Shown piece by piece: positions 9,890-18,955 of a stretch of DNA of 64,000 nt (its first letter is position 1; each line of letters starts with the position of its first letter). The DNA comes from Candidatus Altimarinota bacterium (GTDB lineage Bacteria > Patescibacteriota > Gracilibacteria > UBA1369): assembly GCA_963677745.1 (NCBI GenBank), contig OY782391.1:416001-480000 (forward strand), given 5' to 3'. Below the pieces are notes generated by a model. It was not told the origin of the DNA and did not search any database. It saw only the letters and a list, made by a program, of their open reading frames with translations. Made by a program: the position numbers and the translations under genes.

Positions 9890-10363
9890 ATGGAAAACAG
9901 AATCCATCAAACCCTGGAAAAAATTCTCAGCATCATGGGAGTCAGCATCAACAAAATCCGCGTTGAGACTCCGGAGGCCAACAGTTACAGAATCAATATT
10001 GAAACCTCCCACCCCAACCTGATGATTGGGCATCACGGCGAAAACATCGGTGCGGTACAGCATCTGCTGAAACTGATTCTGTGGGCCGAATTGGACCGTG
10101 AAGGCACACCCCGCCCCGAAATCAACCTGGACATTGAAAGTTACCGCCGCCGCCAGGAACAACATGTCATTCAGCTGGCCGAGAGAAAAGTGGAAATGGT
10201 CCGCAAATTGTCTTCACCTCAGAGTCTGCCGGCCATGGCCCCTTATTTCCGCAGAGTGGTACATCTGCATTTGGCCCAAGACCGTTATAATGACGTCCAG
10301 ACCGAAAGCCAGGGACAGGGCGAATATCGATTTATCGTGATCAAGCCCCAAATCACTATCTAA
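9890..10363 (+). CDS. jag: Jag/KhpB (EloR)-like KH + R3H RNA-binding protein
   Basis: MIGHHGE KH loop, LDIESYR, RRVVH R3H motif; follows yidC. Confidence 0.88.
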   Translation: MENRIHQTLEKILSIMGVSINKIRVETPEANSYRINIETSHPNLMIGHHGENIGAVQHLLKLILWAELDREGTPRPEINLDIESYRRRQEQHVIQLAERKVEMVRKLSSPQSLPAMAPYFRRVVHLHLAQDRYNDVQTESQGQGEYRFIVIKPQITI

Positions 10364-10372
10364 CCGGAATAT

Positions 10373-11404
10373 ATGTCTACCACCAGTTTCCGTTTGATTA
10401 TCTGCCTGAATCTGCTGCTTTTTTCCTCTTACAGTCTTGCCCCGCTCACCCTGGCCCAGGAGGCGGTAACAACTGCTCGCGTGGCCGCCACACCCGCCAC
10501 CGACCTCTTTCCGGATTTGCCGGTCGGCAACCCCTATTATGTGGGTGTGAAATATCTCAAAGACCAGGGGCTTATTCAGGGTTATCCGGACGGCACTTTC
10601 AAACCAAATCAGGAAATTAACCGCGCCGAAGCCCTGAAAATTCTGGTTGGTGCTATCAAATTCAACAGCATGAATCCGATTGAAAGGCCTTTGGTGACCC
10701 TCGAAGCTTCTCCCGACCTCACGGCCTCTCCCTCCTCCGAACCGTCCGACTGCCCCTTCCCCGATCTGGAAAAAGACACCTGGTATTTTCCTTATGTCTG
10801 CGAGGCCTATCTAAACAAAGTGGTATCGGGCTATCCCGACGGCACTTTCAAACCCGAACAAACCATCAATAAAGTGGAAGCCCTTAAAATGGACATACTG
10901 CAGGGAGGAATTCCGCTGCAAACCAAATACACCGACAATTTTGACGATATCAGCCCTTCCGACTGGTTCTGGGATTATGCCCGGATCGCCGACGAAAAAA
11001 GCTTCATCGTGGCAGACCGCACCGGTAAGCTGAACCCCGCTGAAACACTCAACCGCGGCGACTTTGCCATGCTGGTCTACCGCACCATCAGGGCGGTCCA
11101 GAATAACTCGGAATTTGGACGTGCCACCTTTTACGGAGGCCGCTTTGACGGCCAGAGTACCGCCACCGGTGAAACCTTTTTAAACAGTGCTATGACCGCC
11201 GCCCACAAGACCCTGCCTTTCGGCACCATCGTCCGCGTCACCAATCTGGCTAACGGCCAACAAACCGACGTCCGTATCAATGACCGCGGCCCCTATGTCA
11301 ACGGTACCATCATCGATCTGTCCAACTCCGCTTTCGCCGAAATTGCCAGCCTTTCCACCGGCGTCATTCACAGCGAAGTGGAAATCATCAAACCAGCACC
11401 TTAA
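10373..11404 (+). CDS. SLH-domain protein fused to an RlpA-family lytic transglycosylase (DPBB)
   Basis: Signal peptide; three SLH repeats (GYPDGTFKPNQEINRAE; GYPDGTFKPEQTINKVE; LNPAETLNRGD); TAAHKTLPFGT...INDRGP...IIDLS. Confidence 0.9.
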   Translation: MSTTSFRLIICLNLLLFSSYSLAPLTLAQEAVTTARVAATPATDLFPDLPVGNPYYVGVKYLKDQGLIQGYPDGTFKPNQEINRAEALKILVGAIKFNSMNPIERPLVTLEASPDLTASPSSEPSDCPFPDLEKDTWYFPYVCEAYLNKVVSGYPDGTFKPEQTINKVEALKMDILQGGIPLQTKYTDNFDDISPSDWFWDYARIADEKSFIVADRTGKLNPAETLNRGDFAMLVYRTIRAVQNNSEFGRATFYGGRFDGQSTATGETFLNSAMTAAHKTLPFGTIVRVTNLANGQQTDVRINDRGPYVNGTIIDLSNSAFAEIASLSTGVIHSEVEIIKPAP

Positions 11405-11409
11405 ACAAC

Positions 11410-11751
11410 ATGACGCTCTCCGAAGATCTCATCATCGGCAAAAGGGGAAAGACCATCCCGGTAAAAACTCCCCTCTCCCAGGAAATCAAAAAAAGCATCT
11501 ACATGCTTATTTTCACGCTCCTGGCTATCATGGTGCTGGTCAGTATGGCTTATCTGCTCAATTCCAGCCAGACCACCCAAAAAGGCTATTCCCTCAAGCA
11601 GCAACAGCTGGAAAAAGACCAGTTAACCCAGCAGACGCACGACCTGGTGGGAAAAATCATCCAGGCCCAGTCCTTTTCCAGCATCCAGAACAACGAATTG
11701 GTCAAAAAAATGACCAAACCGGAAAAACCCGTTTATCTGGACGTAAAATAA
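11410..11751 (+). CDS. FtsL-like bitopic coiled-coil protein
   Basis: Basic N-terminus, one TM, KGYxL followed by a coiled coil; similar to 26417..26818. Confidence 0.65.
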   Translation: MTLSEDLIIGKRGKTIPVKTPLSQEIKKSIYMLIFTLLAIMVLVSMAYLLNSSQTTQKGYSLKQQQLEKDQLTQQTHDLVGKIIQAQSFSSIQNNELVKKMTKPEKPVYLDVK

Positions 11752-11764
11752 TACTTTAATTGGT

Positions 11765-11792
11765 TTGACTTCAGAAAAGATCACAATATAAT
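11765..11792 (+). promoter_or_regulatory. sigma70-type promoter of tRNA-Glu
   Basis: TTGACT-N16-TATAAT. Confidence 0.6.
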
Positions 11793-11849
11793 AAACCTGC
11801 TTCGCGGAGGTACGGGTGCAAAGCAATGACAGGCTCAAAAACAATTCAA

Positions 11850-11924
11850 GGCGATATCGTCTAGTGGTCAGGACAGAAGGTTTTCAACCTTTAAACCGGG
11901 GTTCGATTCCCCGTATCGCTACCA
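11850..11924 (+). tRNA. tRNA-Glu(TTC)
   Basis: Acceptor stem GGCGATA/TATCGCT, D arm GTCTAGTGGTCAGGAC, anticodon arm GAAGG-TTTTCAA-CCTTT, T arm CGGGG-TTCGATT-CCCCG, encoded ACCA end. Confidence 0.96.
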
Positions 11925-11927
11925 AAT

Positions 11928-12473
11928 TTACTTCTTCGACTCTTTGGAATCCTGGGAATCTTTAGGCTCTGTTGGTTCCTTGGCCTCTTCCTGATCATCA
12001 CTGTCATCCAGAAATCTATATTTAATCTCACCATTTTCATCTTCGATCGTTTCAATTTTGCGTCTGGTGCTCTTTCTGGCGCCTAAAGCCGACCCGTTTC
12101 CACTTTGCTGATCCGAACTTGGAACAGCCCACTTCTCACAAAGTTTTCCGGCTCCGGCCAAATAATCCGCAATTCGTTCGACTCTTGATGGCTCTCTTGA
12201 AGCCTCTTCGGTTAGTACAACCAGAGTGCCTAACAGTCTGTGTACATGCATTTCAATTTTATTTCTTAACGTCTGGTCCTCAATTTTACTAACCTGCGAA
12301 ATTATCAAATCAACAACTTCCTGATTTTTCAGGTTCTTTGCCTCATCCAGAGAACGGGCAGAATCCAAAGATTCTCCATCGAATTCAACCACCGGCTCCT
12401 GCTTGACTCCTTCCTCGGCTGAAGACCCTTCTGCACTACCTTTGGACAAATTATTTGATGCTGCCATATACAA
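11928..12473 (-). CDS. Hypothetical acidic low-complexity protein
   Basis: 181-aa ORF convergent on the tRNA 3' end; no motif recognised. Confidence 0.6.
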   Translation of the reverse strand: MYMAASNNLSKGSAEGSSAEEGVKQEPVVEFDGESLDSARSLDEAKNLKNQEVVDLIISQVSKIEDQTLRNKIEMHVHRLLGTLVVLTEEASREPSRVERIADYLAGAGKLCEKWAVPSSDQQSGNGSALGARKSTRRKIETIEDENGEIKYRFLDDSDDQEEAKEPTEPKDSQDSKESKK

Positions 12474-12638
12474 TAAATTAGCTTATTGAATTAATTTGAA
12501 GAGCTAAATTAAACATAATTTATAGGATATTGCAAGTTTTTTGTAAAAAAAATACAATAATTCATCTCTATTATTATCATTCTTTGACAAAGAAGGCCAA
12601 AATAATGCAGAATAACCACCAATCATTGAAAAATCCCC

Positions 12639-13520
12639 ATGAAAAGAGAAATTATCGGCGTAATAACTGATATCGACGATACCCTGATCCCTTGGGAACC
12701 TCCCCATGCCAAAGCCTACCCGGCAATGGCCCGTGCGCTTAGCGAGGCCAGCGGACTGCCTTTCGAAACAATCCGCAGTAAGATTCAGGAGGTAAACACC
12801 AAACATGGAACTATTGAATATACCGCTCTGATACAGGAAATGTTTCCCCTTCCGTCCGGCCTGACCGATAAAAAAGCGCTGAAGGAAGCCCGGGCACAAC
12901 AACACCTGCTGATCGAAATTGCCCGGGAAAGCAGTGCCAAAGCCAAAGAAGGTTTGATTGAACCCTTCCGGGGAATTGAAATTTTACTGCAAATACTGCA
13001 TACCAACCGGCTCGCCCTGGTGGCCCTCAGCGATGCTCCCAAAAACCTGGCTTACCTGCGTCTGAAAAAAGCCGGCCTCCTGCCCTATTTTGACATGATA
13101 ATCGGATCCGAATCCCCTGACGACAGCAAATTTGCGCCGGCCCATCGCATGGAAGATAAAACTTTTGAAGTCCCTACCAAAACATCTGAAAAGAAAAAAC
13201 CCCACGCCGAATTGGACCGCTTGCTTGGAATAACCGCAACCGGAATCGGAAAACATTATTTTTTCATGGGAAACAGCGGCTTTTCCGATCAGGGAGAGGC
13301 CCAAAAATACGGCAGTCTCTTTTATCATACGCTCTGGGACACCGGCACTCCTGAAGAACGTGCCATATTACTGCAATATGCCCCACAGGTTTCCCTCGAC
13401 GATCAGAACAGCAACGATCCTGATTCAAAGGTTCTGATCAAACCCGCTTTCGAAAAAATTGAAGCAAAAAACACCCAAATACTGATCGACGATTTACAAC
13501 GGAGAAAAATCATCAAATAG
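12639..13520 (+). CDS. HAD-superfamily hydrolase (C1 cap)
   Basis: Motif I ITDIDDTL, motif II LSD, motif III KKP, variant motif IV MGNSxxSD. Confidence 0.85.
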   Translation: MKREIIGVITDIDDTLIPWEPPHAKAYPAMARALSEASGLPFETIRSKIQEVNTKHGTIEYTALIQEMFPLPSGLTDKKALKEARAQQHLLIEIARESSAKAKEGLIEPFRGIEILLQILHTNRLALVALSDAPKNLAYLRLKKAGLLPYFDMIIGSESPDDSKFAPAHRMEDKTFEVPTKTSEKKKPHAELDRLLGITATGIGKHYFFMGNSGFSDQGEAQKYGSLFYHTLWDTGTPEERAILLQYAPQVSLDDQNSNDPDSKVLIKPAFEKIEAKNTQILIDDLQRRKIIK

Positions 13521-13682
13521 ACATTCTGAAATCTCCTGAAAATCATTGTGATTTTGATCGATTTTTTATTTTCATAACAATTCGGCATAAAAAGCCAGTA
13601 ATATTGCCGTGTGGAACAATACATTAATTTACTAATCTGACAAAATTGCCTATCCTTAAACGGCAATCCAATCAAACAAAAC

Positions 13683-13925
13683 ATGCTGATTCAAGTCGAC
13701 AGATCAAAATGTATCGGAGCCGCTCCCTGCGTGGCCATTGCCGGTGATGTCTTTCAACTGGATGATGAAGGTAAAGCAATCGTCGTCGCCCCGGTCAAAG
13801 ACGAGGCCAATGTCAGACTGGCCGCCGAATCCTGTCCGGTCAGAGCCATTTTTCTTTACGACGACCAAAAAAATCAGATATTTCCCCCTCCGGCGGAAAT
13901 CGCCCGCCCTTACCAGGAAAATTAA
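13683..13925 (+). CDS. Monocluster ferredoxin (probably [3Fe-4S])
   Basis: CIGAAPC (second Cys replaced by Ala)...AAESCPVRAI. Confidence 0.88.
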   Translation: MLIQVDRSKCIGAAPCVAIAGDVFQLDDEGKAIVVAPVKDEANVRLAAESCPVRAIFLYDDQKNQIFPPPAEIARPYQEN

Positions 13926-13926
13926 T

Positions 13927-14901
13927 ATGACCACTCTTACGCAGACATACCGTATTGACCCCGAACTCGCCCGCCAGGCCTGGTCTGCCATCTGCGAAGC
14001 CTCCACCATCGCCATTATTTCCCATCGTCACCCCGACCCGGACAGTGTCGGCAGTAATCTGGCGCTGCGGGAACTTCTGCAATCCGAAGGAAAAAAAGTT
14101 GATTCATATTCCCTTGATTCCCCGCCCCCCTCCTGCCGGGAATTGATCCCTGACTGTTGCGAATTTTCCTCAGAATTTGATCCGCAAAATTACGATTTGA
14201 TCATCTGCGTCGACTGCGGCAGCCTTTCTCAGGTTGCTTTTGATCTTTCCACCAACCGGACCATGCCCCTGATCAATATTGACCACCACACTTCCAATAA
14301 TAATTACGGCCAGCTTAATCTGGTTTTTCCAAGTGCCTCTTCCACCTCCGAAATAATTTTCAAACTGCTGGAGATCTGGGAAAAACCGGTCACCGTCAGT
14401 CAGGCCACCGCACTGTTAATGGGGATTTATTTTGATACCGGCAGTTTTATGCATTCCAACGTCAGTTGTGAACTGCTCGAAATTGCCTCCGGCCTGATTC
14501 TTCGCGGTGCAGACCTGTCACTGATCAAACGCAGCCTTTACCGGAATTTCAGCGAAAAAAAATTCCACCTGTGGGGAGATGTTCTGGGAAGCGTCAGGGT
14601 AACTGACGAAGGAGCGGCTGTGGCGGTAATTACACCGGAAAATGTCCGGAATCATCTGACCGGGCCGGAAGACACCGGCGGCCTGATCGATTATGTCTGC
14701 ATGGCCAAAGACAGCCGGTTCGCACTTATGGTAACCGAAGAAGAAAAAGGCCAGCTGCGGGGTTCCATCCGCACCCGCCACGACCAAGTTGACGTCTACA
14801 AAATTGCCCAGACTCTGGGAGGCGGCGGCCACAAAAAAGCCTCCGGTTTCAGCTTCCCGGGCACCATGAGAAAAGAATCCCTTTGGAAAATAACCAACTA
14901 A
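13927..14901 (+). CDS. DHH/DHHA1 phosphoesterase (NrnA-like nanoRNase/pAp phosphatase)
   Basis: HRHPDPDS, VDCG, IDHH, DTGSF, GGGGHKKASG. Start moved to ATG 13927, just after the ferredoxin stop. Confidence 0.92.
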   Translation: MTTLTQTYRIDPELARQAWSAICEASTIAIISHRHPDPDSVGSNLALRELLQSEGKKVDSYSLDSPPPSCRELIPDCCEFSSEFDPQNYDLIICVDCGSLSQVAFDLSTNRTMPLINIDHHTSNNNYGQLNLVFPSASSTSEIIFKLLEIWEKPVTVSQATALLMGIYFDTGSFMHSNVSCELLEIASGLILRGADLSLIKRSLYRNFSEKKFHLWGDVLGSVRVTDEGAAVAVITPENVRNHLTGPEDTGGLIDYVCMAKDSRFALMVTEEEKGQLRGSIRTRHDQVDVYKIAQTLGGGGHKKASGFSFPGTMRKESLWKITN

Positions 14902-14904
14902 ACT

Positions 14905-16839
14905 ATGAATCAGATCATAGTGATTAAAGACAATGGGCAGGAAAGCCCGTTAAACCAGAATGAGCTGTTGTCGGCTCTGCAAAAAATCGCCGTGGAAGAA
15001 GGTCAAAACAACTTTTCCACGGAATTTCTCTGGGAAAAAACCGGCAAGTATCTGGAGATTTTTCTGACCGGACCCCAAAAACAACTTACCGAAATTCAAC
15101 TGATCGGCCTCCTGGCCAATATTTGTCTGGAAAACGGCTTTGAAAAGGTCGCCCGGGCCTTGCAAAAAATCCATTCACTGGCACCCGGCAGTGCCGATTA
15201 CGCAGGTTCATCCACCGGTAAACTGACCAAAAACACCCAGGAAAAGATGAAAAAGCTTTATCTGCCCCCTGCCCAAAACAACTGCGAAACAGAGATCCTG
15301 GTCAACAAAATCGCCTCCCACAAAACTTCGGAAGAATTGACAGCCAGAATCGCCGCCCTGATCGGACAAAACAAGTTTTTCCCCCATCAAAACGTCCTCA
15401 AAGGCCCCCACGCCTACGAATCGATGCAGATTACACTGGAAGACAATCTGAACGATATTTTCGACCAGCTCAAACAGGCGGCCATCAATTTTCAAAATCT
15501 CATTTCCACCAATCTGGACTTTTCCAAAATCCGCCAGAAAATGGCCATGATCAAATCCACCCGGGGCTTTTCCTCCGGGCCGATTTCTTTCATTAAAATT
15601 TACACTTCGACTTTTGAAACGCTGCGCCAGAACCTCAGTACGGAGCTGATTCCCCAGCAAAGTTTCACCCTAAGCATTCATCATCCCGACATTCTGGAAT
15701 ACCTGATCTTTATCAAGAATTTCCAAAAAAACTCCCTCAACAAACACCTGCGCTTTTTTATTGAGATATCCCCCCAGTTTCTGGATGCACTGGCCAGAGA
15801 GGAAGATTTTGAACTGATCAGCCCCGAGAACGGACAGACCGTCAATCTGCTCAGTGCCAAAAACACTTTTGATCTGATCGTCTCCACCATTGTGGAAAAC
15901 CCCCAGCTGGGCATCAAACAAAACAAAAGTTCACACAGTAATTTTCTGACCGTTTCCGGCCTGATCAATCTGGCGGGCTATCAACCGGGCCCTAACTTTC
16001 CCGGGGACCTGTTAAACGACCTGAAAACCATCCAGGATTACCTGCTTAAACAAAAACACCAGCTGGAAAAACTATCCAAAACGGAAATTCACACCGTGAT
16101 TTTCTTCAGCGGCTGGATGGACTTTCTGATGGCCAGAAAAATTGCCTACGGATCGGTCAATTCCATTCAGGAAGCCGGCACGCTGTTTGCCGAAATCCGC
16201 AAATCAGCCGACCAGTCCCTGGAACTCTCCATCAATTTGCATTCTCCTTTGCTCAACCTGGTCGAAAGCCACAAAGGCCTGGAATGTTTCGAACAGCTGG
16301 CCACCCTTAAAACCAATCTGGACGGACAGGAAATTCATCAACTGGACCCGATCCTGAGGGACTATTTGTCGGAGCTGGGAATGGCCACCAATGATATCAC
16401 GCGACTGATCTACGATACCAATTCCTTAAACGACCTCTACCAGATCCCTCTCAACATCAGGACACTCTTCAAGACTTCCCGCGAAATCGACGCCCATTTC
16501 CATCTGGAACTGCAGAGAGAAATCGAAAACATTCTGCAGGGAGAAGTGGAAAAAAAGATTTACTTCGAAAATCCGCTCGACACCGAAAAACTCAAAGAAA
16601 CTTTGCTGGGGAAACTGAAACTTGGTATAAAGAATATCGGATATTTCCATTTTGGTCCGGTCAGCAAATACCAGGAAAATACCGAAACGGACCAGGGAAA
16701 AAACTTTCTGTTAACCCTCAATAAAAACAAAAAACGCCGCCACCGCGAAATCCAGCCCCCGCTTTTTCAAATCAAAAAAACGGAAGAAATCTTCCTGCCT
16801 CCCGTCTCCAACCAAAGCCCCAGCCAAAATCAAAATTAA
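14905..16839 (+). CDS. Ribonucleotide reductase large-subunit homolog, predicted catalytically inactive (NrdJ/NrdA-like, degenerate ATP cone)
   Basis: RNR blocks in colinear order (EDNLNDIF, DFSKIR..IKSTRGFSSGPISF, HHPDILEY, FELISP, LINLA, FKTSREID), but no SAC Cys, no NPCxE and no CNL Cys. Confidence 0.8.
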   Translation: MNQIIVIKDNGQESPLNQNELLSALQKIAVEEGQNNFSTEFLWEKTGKYLEIFLTGPQKQLTEIQLIGLLANICLENGFEKVARALQKIHSLAPGSADYAGSSTGKLTKNTQEKMKKLYLPPAQNNCETEILVNKIASHKTSEELTARIAALIGQNKFFPHQNVLKGPHAYESMQITLEDNLNDIFDQLKQAAINFQNLISTNLDFSKIRQKMAMIKSTRGFSSGPISFIKIYTSTFETLRQNLSTELIPQQSFTLSIHHPDILEYLIFIKNFQKNSLNKHLRFFIEISPQFLDALAREEDFELISPENGQTVNLLSAKNTFDLIVSTIVENPQLGIKQNKSSHSNFLTVSGLINLAGYQPGPNFPGDLLNDLKTIQDYLLKQKHQLEKLSKTEIHTVIFFSGWMDFLMARKIAYGSVNSIQEAGTLFAEIRKSADQSLELSINLHSPLLNLVESHKGLECFEQLATLKTNLDGQEIHQLDPILRDYLSELGMATNDITRLIYDTNSLNDLYQIPLNIRTLFKTSREIDAHFHLELQREIENILQGEVEKKIYFENPLDTEKLKETLLGKLKLGIKNIGYFHFGPVSKYQENTETDQGKNFLLTLNKNKKRRHREIQPPLFQIKKTEEIFLPPVSNQSPSQNQN

Positions 16840-16842
16840 ATC

Positions 16843-17436
16843 ATGCTCGATATCATCAGCACTCTGCTCGTAATAGGCGTATTACTGCCCATCCTTTATT
16901 TCACCAGCAGTAATTTCAATAATATTTTTGCCCTGGTCGCCCTCATACTGATTTCCGTTCCGACCATCATGGCTATGATCAACGGGGCGCCCTTTGTCCC
17001 CACCCCCATGAAACGGGTCAAAGAAATGGTGGCCCTGGCCAAAATCAAAAAAGGCCAGGTAGTTTATGACCTGGGCTGCGGGGACGGCCGTTTTGTCTAC
17101 GTTGCCGCCAATCATTACGGGGCCAGGGCCACCGGAATTGAACTTTCCCCCCTGGTTTATGCCTTCGCAGTGATCAGAAAATGGTTATGGAGATCCAAAG
17201 CCAAAATCAAATTCGGCAACTTCAAATTTTACGATCTGTCCGACGCCGATATCATTTTCTGTTATCTGCTTCCCGACACCCTCAAAAAAATCCAGCCCGA
17301 ACTGGATAAACAATTCAAATCCGGCACCAGAATTTATTCCTACGCCTTCACCATCCCCGGCTGGAAACTGGTGGAAACAAAAGAAAGGGTTCAAAATCTC
17401 AACCTTGGACCGATTTTCGTTTACGAAAAACCATAA
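16843..17436 (+). CDS. Membrane-anchored class I SAM-dependent methyltransferase (FAM173-like)
   Basis: Two N-terminal TMs, GAPFVPT, YDLGCGDGR, GIELSP, IFCYL, SYAFTIPGW. Confidence 0.88.
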   Translation: MLDIISTLLVIGVLLPILYFTSSNFNNIFALVALILISVPTIMAMINGAPFVPTPMKRVKEMVALAKIKKGQVVYDLGCGDGRFVYVAANHYGARATGIELSPLVYAFAVIRKWLWRSKAKIKFGNFKFYDLSDADIIFCYLLPDTLKKIQPELDKQFKSGTRIYSYAFTIPGWKLVETKERVQNLNLGPIFVYEKP

Positions 17437-18856
17437 ACACCGCCAGATAATACAGACAGGCCAACCAGATCTGGCCCTGTCCGAACTCCACCTGGGCCAG
17501 CGGTACTGCGGCCAGAATTTTTACAATTCCCAGCATCAGATTTACCAGAACAGTTGATATTCCGGTAAAAACCAAAGCCAGAGGCACGGAAAACAGTCCC
17601 GTCAGCAACTGGATGGCACCGGAGAGCATCAGATAGGGAATCAAAGGACCCACCAGCAAATTGGCCAGAGGAGAAATCAACGAAATACGCCCGAAACTGA
17701 AAAAAATCAAAGGCAGCGTGATGACCTGCGCGGCCAGAGTCGTCACCAGTCCTTCCCACAAAATACTCTGCCAGCCGGAACCCGCCAGAAAATCCAGCCT
17801 CCCGGCGAACCAAATCAGACTGAGCGTCGCCAGCAATGAAAGCTGAAAAGAAAGATCGAAATTCAAAAGCCTCGGATCAACCACCACAATTAAAAAAGCG
17901 CTCAACAAAATAATCTTCATCAGATCCACCCGCCTGCCCATCGTTTTGACAAAAAGCAGCAAAAGCCCCATCACTCCCGCTCTGATCACGCTGGCACCGG
18001 CTCCCGTCAAAATCACAAAAAACGTCACCAGCAACACCGTAATCACAAATCGAAGTTTTCTGGAATATCGCTGCAAACAAATAATCACCATACTGATAAT
18101 CAATGTAATATTGAAACCGGAAATAGCCAGAACATGGGTCAACCCTGTAATCTGGAAATTTGCGGACACTTCCTGCGGCAAATCCCCCCTCTCACCAATC
18201 AATACCCCGTTAATCAATGAAGAAACCGGCTCGGACGACGTTTGTCTGACCGAAGACAGTAAAACCCCCCTGATCCGATAAATTATTCCGGGCAAATCGT
18301 ATGCGCCTTTCTGCAATTTTTTCACTATCACGGTTTGTTGGAGGAAACCCTTTAAATGACGTCTGAATAGAACGAGCTTTCTATTATCGGAAATTTTTTG
18401 GAGATCCGTCCACCGGCCCGCTATCAGGAGTTTTTCACCATAAGAAATCTGCTCCTGTACCACTAATGACACCAGTAATTTTTGTCCGGCCTCCCTCCCC
18501 TCACCGGAAATAACCTCCACAACCATTTCCTGCAGCTGACCCTTTTTCTCGGGCAGGGAAATAACCCTTACTATCCCCTCCCACCTCCCGGACAAATCCG
18601 CCGGAACTCCTTCTCCCAATAAATCCAGGGCAAACCTGCCCATCCCCAGAACAATAGCCGCAGCCAATACGGTCAAAAAAACCATTTTCTTTCCCGCATC
18701 AGTCAGACTTCTCCGGCTTTCCCAAAACCACAACAGGACAGCCAGATTCAACATATAAAATATAAAAGACTCCCCTGCCAGTAATGAACAATTACTGACC
18801 CCCGCCAGAAATCCCAGTACCGCCGTGGCAATCCAAAAATCCCGGTTTAAACGCAT
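17399..18856 (-). CDS. comEC: ComEC/Rec2 DNA uptake channel (no metallo-beta-lactamase domain)
   Basis: GLTHVLAISGFNI, GAGASVIRAGVM, SFQLS, ANLL motifs. Confidence 0.93.
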   Translation of the reverse strand: MRLNRDFWIATAVLGFLAGVSNCSLLAGESFIFYMLNLAVLLWFWESRRSLTDAGKKMVFLTVLAAAIVLGMGRFALDLLGEGVPADLSGRWEGIVRVISLPEKKGQLQEMVVEVISGEGREAGQKLLVSLVVQEQISYGEKLLIAGRWTDLQKISDNRKLVLFRRHLKGFLQQTVIVKKLQKGAYDLPGIIYRIRGVLLSSVRQTSSEPVSSLINGVLIGERGDLPQEVSANFQITGLTHVLAISGFNITLIISMVIICLQRYSRKLRFVITVLLVTFFVILTGAGASVIRAGVMGLLLLFVKTMGRRVDLMKIILLSAFLIVVVDPRLLNFDLSFQLSLLATLSLIWFAGRLDFLAGSGWQSILWEGLVTTLAAQVITLPLIFFSFGRISLISPLANLLVGPLIPYLMLSGAIQLLTGLFSVPLALVFTGISTVLVNLMLGIVKILAAVPLAQVEFGQGQIWLACLYYLAVFMVFRKRKSVQG

Positions 18857-18900
18857 AGACCAAGTTTAGACCGGCCACTTTAATCCAAACTAAATTACTC

Positions 18901-18942
18901 ATAAAAAATCCCCGGTAAGAAATTCTTAGCGGGGATTTTTAT
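18901..18942 (-). terminator. Rho-independent terminator of the lipoprotein gene
   Basis: AAAAAATCCCCG-G-TAAGA-AAT-TCTTA-G-CGGGGATTTTT hairpin with flanking A/T tracts, just past the stop at 18956. Confidence 0.75.
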
Positions 18943-18955
18943 CGACGGAAGAATA

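Noticed and set aside
11900-13680. att-site duplication of the tRNA-Glu 3' end
   Set aside because: No second copy of the tRNA 3' sequence found by eye.
13521-13682. NrdR box or cobalamin riboswitch ahead of the RNR-like operon
   Set aside because: No convincing NrdR palindrome or B12-box; only a short ATTGCCGT/ACGGCAAT inverted repeat of unclear meaning.
13738-13926. N-terminal extension of the DHH ORF as given in the ORF track
   Set aside because: It overlaps the ferredoxin in another frame; ATG 13927 fits the family length and operon spacing.
14905-16839. Calling the RNR homolog an active NrdJ/NrdA or a simple pseudogene
   Set aside because: The catalytic Cys and finger loop are absent, so it should not be active; the frame is intact despite deep divergence, so it is not obviously decaying.
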